Shown: positions 16,374 to 26,179 of the stretch, piece after piece
Layout: the number at the start of each line of letters is the position of its first letter
Position numbering within the stretch: position 1 is the first letter of the stretch
NCBI GenBank assembly: GCA_017456985.1
Contig: JAFTIH010000027.1
Coordinates: forward strand, 1,575 to 65,574
DNA: 64,000 bases
DNA from: Clostridia bacterium
GTDB taxonomy: Bacteria > Bacillota > Clostridia > Oscillospirales > CAG-272
Direction: 5' to 3'
Position numbers and translations under genes: made by a program
Notes under the pieces: generated by a model
The model's database searches: none
What the model was told of the DNA's origin: nothing
The model's input: the letters and a program-made list of their open reading frames with translations, nothing else

Positions 16374-19300
16374 ATGAAAAGCATATTGATCCTTGGCGTC
16401 GGCGGCACCGGCAGCCGCGCCGTCAATCTGTTGCAAAAGAAGATCTCCCGTATGGGACAAAACGAGGAGACCAAGATCGTTTCCATCGTGTTTGATACCA
16501 ATGCGGCAGATGAGAAGAATATCGACGCCGCCTCCGTCATTTCTCTTTCGGAGAATGCGACGGTGGGTATGGTGCGCAACCGTCTTGGCGCACAGTGCAA
16601 CGAGTGGTTCCCGAACGACCACAAGTACGACGAGAACAATCTTTCCATCGGTGCGGGGCAGTGGAGAAAGCAGTCCTATCTTGCGTTCCTCAACGCGATG
16701 AACGACGCCATTCGCCGCAACGAGTTGGATAACGCCTTGCAAAAGCTGGTGGACCAGACGCAGTCGAATTTCTCGATCGACATCTATACCGTCGCCTCGC
16801 TTGCGGGCGGTACGGGCTCGGGTACCTTTATCCCTCTGACGCTGTACGTCAAAAAGCGCTTGCGTCAGCTCTTCCCGAACGCCACCGTGCGTGCCAGAGC
16901 GATGCTCGCCTGCCCCGATATTTACGAGGCAAAGCAGAACGGCGACCGTATGAACATCACGAGCATCTACGCAAACGCGTATGCGATCCTGCGTGAGCTC
17001 AACGGTATCAACCAGGTCGTTTACGGACTTAACGGTGCGGATTACGACAGCGGCAAGGGCGAGGTTGCGGGTCGCGGCAGAACGCCCGTGTCCTTCCGCC
17101 TCGGCAGTGAGCAGAGCCCCGTGGGCGTGCTCTTCGACTCCAAGGATAAAAAATACCATTCTCCCACGGCGGCGCCCTTTGAGCGCGTTTGCCTGATGGA
17201 GAAGATCGTCAACGTGACCTCGGTCGCCGCGCACGACGAGGCGATGGCAAACATCCTGTATTCGCTTATCTGCACCAAGGCGGGCGGCGAGCTCGACGGC
17301 ATCTGGTCCAACGAGGAAAAGAAGCGTGCGGGTGAAACGGGTCACAACTGTATGTATGCGGGCATCGGCTCCTCGGAGATCCAATACCCCGTCGATACGC
17401 TGCTTGAATACTTCGCTTGGCGCAAGACGCGCGACGACGCGGAGGGCGAGTGGCTGGTGTTGCACAACGCCACCGAAGCGCAGATCTCCGAAAAGCGCAA
17501 GCTTGCCAAGGAAATGCGCAAGGAATACCACCTGACCACCGAGGATTACGCAAAGCTCTTCCTCGATGCGCAAAAGGCAGAGGAGCGCACCGAAACGAGC
17601 TCGGTGACCGAGCTCGTGCATTCCGCGATCCGCTACTACGAAAAGGAAAACGGCACGGAAACCCTCAAATACGTCTTTACCGAGTATTGGGACCGCTTAC
17701 AGCAGAGCTTCCGCTCGCTGATCCCCGACCACAAGGCGATCGCGTCGCGCATCGCGACGCTGGATCCCGTACAGCGCCCCGGCATCTTTTCCTCCAAGAG
17801 CACCAAGGAGAGCGCGGCACAGCAGGTCTGCGACAATGCGGAGCAGGTCTATCTGCGCTTGAACGACTACTATCAGATGGCGGTAGATACCATCCGCAGT
17901 CAGGTCAACGTCTGCGCGGACGCGATCCTTCCGCTTGACACCAAGAAGGATCCCTGTGCAAACCTCGGGCTTTCCTTCACCCAGAACGTTCTCGCACGCG
18001 ACGGCAGCTTCATTCACCCCGTAGCGGCGATGGTGCAGCTTTGTACGCTTCGCCTTGCGATCGCGGATACGCTCGCAGGGATGAATTCCGCCGAGTGGAA
18101 GGATCTTTCCTCCTTCGACGTCGGCAAGCTTCCGATGAATCTGCTCGGATGCACGAGTGACCTCTCGGCGCTCGGTCTTGGCGGCAGAGCAAGCAGAAGC
18201 GCTTACTTAAAAAAGGACAGGACCCGTCTTGCCTCCATCCTTTCGGAGTCGGGCAAGGAGGAGTACGTCAAGCAGAAGACGGATTACGAGGCAGACTGTG
18301 CGGCAGTCCTTAAGGACGGCGATATGATCCTCACCCGCCTTGCTAACGAGGCGTACGAAATGCTCCTTAAACGCGTGCTCGGCGTGATCGCTGACCGCGT
18401 CAACACGATGATCGAGAGCTATCGCTCCTTCTTCCGCCGCTTTACCGAGCAGAAGGCTCGCCTTTCGGATCGCGTCAAGCGCGTCGAGGTAGAGCGCACG
18501 GGCTCCTCGGATACCTCCTGCATCTACGTCGGTGCCTCGGTTGAGAGCCGCCGCCGTCACTACGAGCGCCTCTTGGAGGAAAGCATGTCGGGCACGACCG
18601 AGAGCAACAACATCGCAGGCCGCGGCGTCTTTGCCATTTCCTATCAGATGGCGTGCGCAAAGCGCTTCCGCGGCGAGGACGACATCAAGGTGGATACCAC
18701 GGGCGTCTTTACGGCAATGTACGAGGCGAACAAGGTGGCGATCCGCAAGTCGGACTACTTCCACGAGATCGCTTCCAAGACGGTGCTTGAGGTCATCGCG
18801 GACGAGAACGTGGGCAGAGAGAGCGAGGTCGGTAAGAAGATCATGATCACCGCGTACGAGATGGCGAAGCCCGCTCTGCGCGTGATCGAAAACGGAATGC
18901 AGAAGGAACAGGCAGTCGTCCTCGTTCCCGACGCGATGGAAGAATATCTCGAAGCGAACACCCATATCTTCGATCTTTCCGTCGGTGGCGGCGATGCGCG
19001 CGCCTGCACGGACGACCTACTCGGCAGATGGTGCCAGAAGGCGCTCGTCCGTCAGGAGGAGAGCGTTCCTGCCAACACCATCTACATTTGCCGTGCGCTG
19101 ATGAGCGTTGACTCCATCGACATCATCAAGGTCAACGAAAAGAACCTTGAGGACGGCTACTATAAGTATTATCTCGAAACCGTCAGAATGGCGGGCTCCG
19201 ACCGCTCCAAGTGCGCGGACGGCTCGGGCTATTCGGACGACAGCAAGCTGCCGCACCTTGGCTTTAACTGGCACAAGCGCGGCTATTTGCCCCTCATCAA

Positions 19301-20216
19301 CCACGACCTCGAGCTCGAGGCGGACAAGAAGATGGTCAAGGCGCTCCTTTACGCGCTTCTCAACGGCGAGCTTTCCTTTAAGAAGGAATACGGCGACGTC
19401 GCGTTCCGTTACGACGGAGAGAAGATCGTGGGTGACGGCAGATTCGTGGATGACAACAATCTCGTCGGACTGATCTCCTGGCTCCGTCCGCAGGACGATA
19501 AGATCGAGCGCTGGAGCGAGGCGTTTGACCGCGAGGTCGAGGAGCAGCTTGCATCGCTGCCCTCCGCAGGCTTCGTCCACCAGATCGGCAAGGCGAAGAC
19601 GGCACTGACGCTGACGAAGTATCTGAAGATGCTCCGCCGCAACGTCTTTGAAAGCCTCTTCAAGACGGCGGGTAAGGAGAAGGGAAGTGCCGAGGACGAG
19701 AAGAAGTATGCAAAGCTGAAAAAGAAGCTGAACATGAACATCTTCGAGTTCGCTTACCGCATCAAGACGGAAGAGGAAGGGCATTACGGCTACGACTGTA
19801 ACGACGCAGAGAAGATCTTGCGCGTTGTCAGCGACCTGCTTTGGGAGATGTGCGAGCGCGTCATTTCCAGCGACAAGGATCAGTTCAAGGAGGTTTACGA
19901 GTGGGAGCTCGACTACTTCATTGCTGAGATGTACTTTGACGAGGATATGCCCGAGGACGAGGCAGACCGCGTCGCTGTGATGAAGACGATGCTGCACTTT
20001 GCAAACCGTGCAGACAGCTTTATGGAGATCGTTCCCTCCAAGGATCCCAGCAAGAAGTGGGAAAAGAAGGACTACAATCTCTCGGAATTTCTCGAAAAGC
20101 GGATCTCCGCGCTTGACCGCGTTGCGAAAAACAGAGCAAAGAGCGAGGGCGTGGATGAGGGCGAAGCCGACGAGGGTAGAGCTGACGAGCTTCCCCTCGA
20201 TGCCGCCGAGGTATGA
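16374..20216 (+). CDS. Giant tubulin/FtsZ-superfamily GTPase-like protein (Tubulin_2-type N-terminal domain plus ~900 aa helical extension), paralog 1
   Basis: ILILGVGGTGSRAVN at the N-terminus (T1-like loop). GGTGSG signature at nt 16806-16823. GAGQWRKQSYLAF motif. Acidic C-terminal tail EGVDEGEADEGRADELPLDAAEV. SD AAAGGAA upstream. Confidence 0.75.
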   Translation: MKSILILGVGGTGSRAVNLLQKKISRMGQNEETKIVSIVFDTNAADEKNIDAASVISLSENATVGMVRNRLGAQCNEWFPNDHKYDENNLSIGAGQWRKQSYLAFLNAMNDAIRRNELDNALQKLVDQTQSNFSIDIYTVASLAGGTGSGTFIPLTLYVKKRLRQLFPNATVRARAMLACPDIYEAKQNGDRMNITSIYANAYAILRELNGINQVVYGLNGADYDSGKGEVAGRGRTPVSFRLGSEQSPVGVLFDSKDKKYHSPTAAPFERVCLMEKIVNVTSVAAHDEAMANILYSLICTKAGGELDGIWSNEEKKRAGETGHNCMYAGIGSSEIQYPVDTLLEYFAWRKTRDDAEGEWLVLHNATEAQISEKRKLAKEMRKEYHLTTEDYAKLFLDAQKAEERTETSSVTELVHSAIRYYEKENGTETLKYVFTEYWDRLQQSFRSLIPDHKAIASRIATLDPVQRPGIFSSKSTKESAAQQVCDNAEQVYLRLNDYYQMAVDTIRSQVNVCADAILPLDTKKDPCANLGLSFTQNVLARDGSFIHPVAAMVQLCTLRLAIADTLAGMNSAEWKDLSSFDVGKLPMNLLGCTSDLSALGLGGRASRSAYLKKDRTRLASILSESGKEEYVKQKTDYEADCAAVLKDGDMILTRLANEAYEMLLKRVLGVIADRVNTMIESYRSFFRRFTEQKARLSDRVKRVEVERTGSSDTSCIYVGASVESRRRHYERLLEESMSGTTESNNIAGRGVFAISYQMACAKRFRGEDDIKVDTTGVFTAMYEANKVAIRKSDYFHEIASKTVLEVIADENVGRESEVGKKIMITAYEMAKPALRVIENGMQKEQAVVLVPDAMEEYLEANTHIFDLSVGGGDARACTDDLLGRWCQKALVRQEESVPANTIYICRALMSVDSIDIIKVNEKNLEDGYYKYYLETVRMAGSDRSKCADGSGYSDDSKLPHLGFNWHKRGYLPLINHDLELEADKKMVKALLYALLNGELSFKKEYGDVAFRYDGEKIVGDGRFVDDNNLVGLISWLRPQDDKIERWSEAFDREVEEQLASLPSAGFVHQIGKAKTALTLTKYLKMLRRNVFESLFKTAGKEKGSAEDEKKYAKLKKKLNMNIFEFAYRIKTEEEGHYGYDCNDAEKILRVVSDLLWEMCERVISSDKDQFKEVYEWELDYFIAEMYFDEDMPEDEADRVAVMKTMLHFANRADSFMEIVPSKDPSKKWEKKDYNLSEFLEKRISALDRVAKNRAKSEGVDEGEADEGRADELPLDAAEV

Positions 20217-20287
20217 CCCGTTTTCGGGTGACCGCGCAATCAAAAGCTTTCATTATTAAAATATATATATCTTGAAGGAGAAGAAAA

Positions 20288-23200
20288 ATGAAGAGTGTCC
20301 TCATTCTTGGCGTCGGTGGTACCGGTAGCCGCGCAGTCAATATGCTGCAAAAGAAAATTCTCAGAATGGGCAAGCAGGACGACGTCAACATCGTTTCCGC
20401 CGTATTGGATACCAACGCGGCAGACGAGAAAAACATCGATACTGCGACCATCGTGTCCCTTTCTGACAACGTGACCGTTAAGACGGTCCGTGAGCGTCTC
20501 GGTGCTTCCGTGGATGACTTTTTCCCCAAGGACTCGCTGTTTGACAGCAACAACATCTCCATCGGCGCAGGTCAGTGGAGAAAGCAGTCCTACCTTGCGT
20601 TCCTCAACGCGATGGCAGGCAGACAGAAAAACAATCTTGACAGCGCCCTCGAAAAGCTGGCTGACAAGTCCTCCCCCTCCATCTCGATCGACGTTTATAC
20701 CGTCGCGTCGTTAGCAGGCGGTACGGGCTCGGGCTCCTTTATCCCGCTGACGCTGTACGTCAAGAAGCGCATCCGTGAGATCTTCGGTGCCAAGACCACC
20801 ATTCACGCAAAGGCAATGCTCGCCTGCCCCGATATCTACGAGGGCAAGCAGAACGATCCGCTGAATATCACGAGCATCTATGCAAACGCATATGCGATCC
20901 TTCGTGAGCTCAACGCCATCAACCAGGTCGTTTACGGCTTGAATTCCGCAAATTATGACGACGGCAGCGGCGAGTTCGCACGCGCAGGCCGTACGCCCGT
21001 GCGCTTCCATATCGGTACGAAGGACAGCCCCGTTGGCGTTCTGTTCGATTCCCAGGATCCCGCATACCATACGCCCGAGGCAGCTCCCTTTGAGCGTGTT
21101 TGTATGATGGAGAAGATCACGGGTGTGTCCTCTATCATCGCACACGACGAGGCGCTTGCCAACACGCTGTACTCCCTCATCTGCACCAAGGCAGGCGGCG
21201 AGCTTGATTCCATCTGGTCCAACGAGGAAAAGAAGCGTGCCAACGAAACGGGTCACAACTGCATGTACGCAGGTATCGGCTCCTCGGAGATCCAGTATCC
21301 TATCGACGAGATGATGGAATACTTTGCATGGCGTAAGACCCAGGCGGATGCCGAGGGTGCTTGGCTTGCTCTGCACAACGCCACCGAAGCCCAGATCGCG
21401 GAAAAACGCCGTCTTGCCAAGGAAATGCGCAAGGACTTCCATATGACCGTCAAGGACTACGCGAAGTTCTTTACTGATGCCCAGAAGGCAGAGGCACGCA
21501 CCGAGACCTGCAACGTGACCGAGCTGATCCGCTCCTCCGTTATGCGCGAGGTCGAGCGCGGTGACAGCATCGAAATGGTCAGCATTCTTGCCGAGTATTG
21601 GGACGGCATCAAGGAGGCTCTTGCCGACCTCGTTCCCGATCACAAGCCCGCAGCAGGCAAGATTGCATCCCTTGACCCCGTAGAGAACCCCGGTCTGTTC
21701 GGCGGCAAAGCAGAGAAAGAGGGCAAGGCACAGGCAATCTGTGACAATGCTTCCCAGGCGTATAGCACGATGAACAAGTACTATCACGACGCCGTAGAAG
21801 CGATCAACACCCAGATCGACGTTACGACCGACGCCATCCTTCCCATCGATACCAAGAAGGACCCCGAGGCAAACCTCAAGCTCTCCTTCGCAAGAAACGT
21901 TTTACAGCGTGACGGCTTCTACATCCATCCCGTTGCCGCTATGGTACAGCTTTGTACCTTCCGTCTGATGCTGCAAGAGGAGCTTTCCGCTCTGACGGGC
22001 AGCGAGTGGAAGGATGTCGGCTCGTACGAGATCGGCAAGCTTCCCGCAAGCCTGCTTTCCTGCACGGAAGACCTCGATACGCTGGGTCTTGGCGGCAAGG
22101 CAAGCAAGAGCTTCTATCTTAAGGGCGGCAGATCGCGTTTCACCTCTCTGCTTGGCGATACCGCTGCTGACGCTTTCAAGAACCAGAAGACGGATTATGC
22201 AACCGACAGCGAGGCACTTCTCAAGGATGCCGATATGCTTCTGACCAAGCTCCACAACGAGGCGAGCGAGATGCTTTTGCGCCGCGTGATCGAAAAGCTT
22301 GGCGAGCGCATCGACGCTCTGATCGAGAGCTACCGTTCCTTCTTTGGCCGTTTTGCTGAGCAGAAGGACCGCCTTGTCGATAAGGTCAAGAGAGCGGAAG
22401 AGGACAAGGCAAAGAACGCCGACACCTCTTGCGTTTACGTGGGTGCGTCCATCGCACAGCGTCAGCGCCACTACGAGCTTCTGATGGAAGAGAGCATGAC
22501 CGACGAGCGCGAGGGCAACAGCGTTGCCGGCGAGAGCGTGTTCGGCATCTCCTACAAGATGGCTTGCGCAAAGAAGGGCAACGCCGCAGAGGAAGAGCGT
22601 GTTGACGCTACGGGCGTCTTTGACGCGATGAAGAAGGCAAACCTCGTACAGCTTTCCAAGACCGACTACTGCGTCGCACTGCGTGCAAGAAACGTCTTTG
22701 AGGTGCTCGCAGAGGAGAACCGCGGTCACGAGTATGAGGCAGGTAAGACGGCAGTTCAGACGGCTTACGAAATGGCAAAGCCCGCCCTTCAGGTCGCTAC
22801 GGGCGGTCAGCATAAGAATCAGGCAGTCGTTCTCGCGCCCAAGAGCGTTGAGGAATATCTGCAGAAGAATACCGATCGCTTCGGCATTTCGATCAGTGCC
22901 GCTTGCACGGACGACTTGGTCACCAGATGGTGCCCCGAGTCCTTCGTCCGCATTGAGGACACCGTACCGCGCAACACCATTTTCATCTGCCGCGCACTGA
23001 TGAGCGTCAACTCGGTTGACATCGTGAAGGTCAACGAGAAGAGCGGTGAGGACGGCTACTACAAGCGTTATCTGGAAGCAGTCCGCATCGGTGAGGAGCA
23101 GAAGAACGACAGTATGTTCCCGCACCTTGGCTTTAACTGGCACAAGCGCGGTTACCTGCCCTTCATCAACCCCGACCTTGAGGCAGAGGCAGACAAGAAG

Positions 23201-24052
23201 ATGATCAAGGCGCTCCTTTACGCCATTATGAACGGCGAGATCACCTTCAGCGTGCAGTACTCCGACAAGGCGTTCCGTTACGGCAACGATAAGATCGTTG
23301 GCGACGGCAAGTTCGTGGACGAGAACAACCTGCTCGGACTGATCGCTTGGCTGCGTCCTCAGGACGACAAGATCGAAAAGTGGTGCGCAGAGTTCGACCG
23401 CAACGTGGAGGATCAGCTCAAGGTCCTTCCCAAGACGGGCTTTGTACACGAGATCCCCGCCGCAAAGGCAAAGCTGACCACCACCAAGTACCTGCGTATG
23501 TTCCGTAAAAACATCTTCGAGACCATTATGGAGAATAGCTCCGGCTCCGCTCAGACCGTGATGAAGAAGGATCTGAATATGAGCCTGTTCGAGTTCGCTT
23601 ACCGTATCAAGGTCGAGGAAGAGAGCCGCGGCGGCTACGACTGCAACGACGCTGAGAAGATCCTCAAGGTCGTCAGCGACCTGCTTTGGGAGCTCTGCGA
23701 GCGCGTTGTCAGCAGCGAGAACGACCAGTTCCAAGAGGTTTATCAGTGGGAGCTTGACTACTTCATTGCCGAGCTTTACTGCGACGACGATATGCCCGAA
23801 AAGAGCGCAGGCGACGTGGCAAGAACGATGCTCCAGTTTGCAAACCGTGCAGGCTGCTTTATGGAGATCAGCCCCTCGACCGATCCCGCAAAGGGCAAGT
23901 GGGAGAAGAGACCCTTCGACCTCAACGCCTTCCAGAGAGACCGCATGAACGCTTGCGTTAGCCGTGTGATGGCAAGCAAGGGCGGCAAGGCACCCGCAGA
24001 GGATGCTCCCGCGACCGAGGCGCCCGCAACCGAGGCACCTGTCGAAGAATAA
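20288..24052 (+). CDS. Giant tubulin/FtsZ-superfamily GTPase-like protein, paralog 2
   Basis: Collinear with 16374-20216 over its whole length. It has the same GVGGTGS, GGTGSG (nt 20717-20734) and GAGQWRKQSYLAF motifs. Acidic/Pro-rich tail APAEDAPATEAPATEAPVEE. SD GAAGGAGA upstream. Confidence 0.75.
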   Translation: MKSVLILGVGGTGSRAVNMLQKKILRMGKQDDVNIVSAVLDTNAADEKNIDTATIVSLSDNVTVKTVRERLGASVDDFFPKDSLFDSNNISIGAGQWRKQSYLAFLNAMAGRQKNNLDSALEKLADKSSPSISIDVYTVASLAGGTGSGSFIPLTLYVKKRIREIFGAKTTIHAKAMLACPDIYEGKQNDPLNITSIYANAYAILRELNAINQVVYGLNSANYDDGSGEFARAGRTPVRFHIGTKDSPVGVLFDSQDPAYHTPEAAPFERVCMMEKITGVSSIIAHDEALANTLYSLICTKAGGELDSIWSNEEKKRANETGHNCMYAGIGSSEIQYPIDEMMEYFAWRKTQADAEGAWLALHNATEAQIAEKRRLAKEMRKDFHMTVKDYAKFFTDAQKAEARTETCNVTELIRSSVMREVERGDSIEMVSILAEYWDGIKEALADLVPDHKPAAGKIASLDPVENPGLFGGKAEKEGKAQAICDNASQAYSTMNKYYHDAVEAINTQIDVTTDAILPIDTKKDPEANLKLSFARNVLQRDGFYIHPVAAMVQLCTFRLMLQEELSALTGSEWKDVGSYEIGKLPASLLSCTEDLDTLGLGGKASKSFYLKGGRSRFTSLLGDTAADAFKNQKTDYATDSEALLKDADMLLTKLHNEASEMLLRRVIEKLGERIDALIESYRSFFGRFAEQKDRLVDKVKRAEEDKAKNADTSCVYVGASIAQRQRHYELLMEESMTDEREGNSVAGESVFGISYKMACAKKGNAAEEERVDATGVFDAMKKANLVQLSKTDYCVALRARNVFEVLAEENRGHEYEAGKTAVQTAYEMAKPALQVATGGQHKNQAVVLAPKSVEEYLQKNTDRFGISISAACTDDLVTRWCPESFVRIEDTVPRNTIFICRALMSVNSVDIVKVNEKSGEDGYYKRYLEAVRIGEEQKNDSMFPHLGFNWHKRGYLPFINPDLEAEADKKMIKALLYAIMNGEITFSVQYSDKAFRYGNDKIVGDGKFVDENNLLGLIAWLRPQDDKIEKWCAEFDRNVEDQLKVLPKTGFVHEIPAAKAKLTTTKYLRMFRKNIFETIMENSSGSAQTVMKKDLNMSLFEFAYRIKVEEESRGGYDCNDAEKILKVVSDLLWELCERVVSSENDQFQEVYQWELDYFIAELYCDDDMPEKSAGDVARTMLQFANRAGCFMEISPSTDPAKGKWEKRPFDLNAFQRDRMNACVSRVMASKGGKAPAEDAPATEAPATEAPVEE

Positions 24053-24157
24053 TTCCCGGCGGGTTGTCCGCCAAAAATTTCCCGATGCCCTATACGGGCA
24101 TCGGGACCCCCAAAGGGGCGCCGCAAGGACGCCCGATCAAAGAAAGGGTTGAAACCG

Positions 24158-26179
24158 ATGTTAACCTATGTGATCAATACGTCTGAGAATAAGGTTTTGA
24201 AGAGTGAGATTCTTTTCGATCTTGTCGGATATAACAAGATCGAATGGATGCGCAGCGGACTTTCTGCCGTCGCGGACTGCACCGATGAGATCATTCGCCG
24301 TCAACAGCCTATGACCGCGGAGGAATACCGCGTGGTGGTGCTCGTTGACTTTTTGGCGTTTGAAAAGACGCTGTTTCCCGAAGAAAATCCGGTCAGCGAA
24401 TATCTGACGATTTACAGAAAGCTGATTGAAATATATCTTTATAACCATCTTTATATGCCGCTTCGCCGTGCCAAGCTCGGCTTTGAGGGGCTTGAGGTGT
24501 TCTATATTCAATACACCGAGAAGAACACCATCCGCGAAAACGCGGCGGAGAAGATGCACTTAGCCCAGCTTTTAGAGCTTTCCGAGGAGGAGATCGAGCG
24601 CGCGGCGGGCAAGGTGGACGAGGAGAAGAAGGACGCGGAGGAAAGCGCCCCCAAATCTGCGCGCGCAAAAGCCAAAAAGCAGGAAGAAGAGGAGCCGACC
24701 GAGACGAAGACGCCCGCGCAGGTGTACGACGTCTTCAAGGTCGCGTACCGCGACGGGGAGTTTTTCTTCCGTGCCGAGGATTTCTGCAAGAATACCAAGG
24801 CGGGAGAGTCGGTGACCTTTGACACCTTCTACCGCAATTTTGGCGAAAACCACGTAAACGCGTACCGCGCCTTCGGCGCCCGCTCGCGCACCTACGTAGC
24901 GGAGGCGGCGTCTGCAAGACTTGAAAGCCGCGCCGCGTTCGATAACTTGAATTTGTCGCTCGCCCTCATCCGTGCTTACGAGCAGGATATGAAGTTTGAG
25001 GACGCGACGGAGAGCGACGACGTTTTGGACATCCCCAAGATGAACAAGGAAGCGTTCTTCCGTGTGATCCAAAAGGCATACGGCAAGGTGAAAAACGCCC
25101 TTGAGCTCGTCCGTCAGAGCGGAAAAGCCAACGGCTTCTACCGCTTGGAAACGCCCACCTCCGTGTCTGCGGATATTTGCCGCGACACCCTGACGGATGA
25201 AGAGCGGACGGAGATCAGCTCCCAAGCCAAGGGGAAGGACATCAAGGATCAGTTTGCCGAGATCCGCCGCTACGCCGCGACCAAGGCGGGAGAGAAGAGC
25301 GACGACGAGCGCAAGAAGCTGACCCAATATATGAGCGCTTACAAAACGGAGCGCGATAAGATCCGCAACCACACGACGGAGCAGGACGTCAAGATGATGC
25401 TCCGCGACGCGAAAAAGCAGGACAAGTACCCCTCGGGTTTAGAATATGAAAACGCGGTCGAGAAGAAAAAATCGACGATGCGCACCATTTTGAAGCACGC
25501 GATCAACGCCGACTACAAGGGCACCGATTACGAGGAAGAGATGAAGGACGCCAACGAGGTCTATGACGGCTACCTGCGCGCCAAGGCAATGCTTGCGAAG
25601 AATTTCCGCACGCACGTCGTTTGCCTGCTTCTCGTTCTCGTGGCGATGATCGTTCCGTACGTCGTGTTGCAGAGCACGGATTTTTCCCGCGTGGGCGCGA
25701 TCCTGCTCGCTTCGATCGCCGTCGCGATCTTCAGCGGCGTGTACATTTTTTCAGCCTTCGTCCACATCATTCCTCTTATGCGGCAGATCACGGCGGCGAA
25801 GATCAGAATGACGGACATCTATGCCAAGTGCCTTTGCAAGCGCGCTGAGGCGATGCTTGCCCTGCGCCATCGCTACGAGCTGTACCTGCCCGCCGTGGAG
25901 CAGATCTACTACGAGCTTTACACGCTTGAGGTCCTGCACAATGCTAACCGCGAGATCAATCGCCATATCGAGGAGCACAGAGAGATGCTCGAATGCCTGC
26001 GCGACGTTCTTCTCGGTATGCTCAACAGTATGCAGGTCACGCACAGAGCGACGGAGGACGTGGCGCTCGACGAGGACGAATTCCTCATCGGCGAGTCCAT
26101 CCGTGCCAACAGTATTTATAAAGTCTTTACGCTTGACGTGATCGAAGAGATCTTTGGAGAGGGAGGTATGAGAATATGA
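24158..26179 (+). CDS. Membrane protein of unknown function: N-terminal globular domain, charged K/E-rich helical region, two TM helices
   Basis: I prefer ATG 24158 (SD AAAGAAAGGG) over TTG 24149. Highly charged region EEEIERAAGKVDEEKKDAEESAPKSARAKAKKQEEEEP. Hydrophobic helices VVCLLLVLVAMIVPYVVL and VGAILLASIAVAIFSGVYIFSAFVHIIPL. I recognise no family. Confidence 0.6.
   Translation: MLTYVINTSENKVLKSEILFDLVGYNKIEWMRSGLSAVADCTDEIIRRQQPMTAEEYRVVVLVDFLAFEKTLFPEENPVSEYLTIYRKLIEIYLYNHLYMPLRRAKLGFEGLEVFYIQYTEKNTIRENAAEKMHLAQLLELSEEEIERAAGKVDEEKKDAEESAPKSARAKAKKQEEEEPTETKTPAQVYDVFKVAYRDGEFFFRAEDFCKNTKAGESVTFDTFYRNFGENHVNAYRAFGARSRTYVAEAASARLESRAAFDNLNLSLALIRAYEQDMKFEDATESDDVLDIPKMNKEAFFRVIQKAYGKVKNALELVRQSGKANGFYRLETPTSVSADICRDTLTDEERTEISSQAKGKDIKDQFAEIRRYAATKAGEKSDDERKKLTQYMSAYKTERDKIRNHTTEQDVKMMLRDAKKQDKYPSGLEYENAVEKKKSTMRTILKHAINADYKGTDYEEEMKDANEVYDGYLRAKAMLAKNFRTHVVCLLLVLVAMIVPYVVLQSTDFSRVGAILLASIAVAIFSGVYIFSAFVHIIPLMRQITAAKIRMTDIYAKCLCKRAEAMLALRHRYELYLPAVEQIYYELYTLEVLHNANREINRHIEEHREMLECLRDVLLGMLNSMQVTHRATEDVALDEDEFLIGESIRANSIYKVFTLDVIEEIFGEGGMRI

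Noticed and set aside
16305-23734. Large antisense ORFs (438, 408, 358 and 610 aa) opposite the tubulin-like genes, and 833/526/485 aa ORFs opposite the neighbouring operon genes (14128-15585, 26185-27765, 29113-31614).
   Set aside because: Their composition (Arg/Leu/Val/Asp/His-rich, low complexity) and lack of SD or start context indicate GC-driven open frames. The sense ORFs have SD sequences, motifs and paralog conservation.
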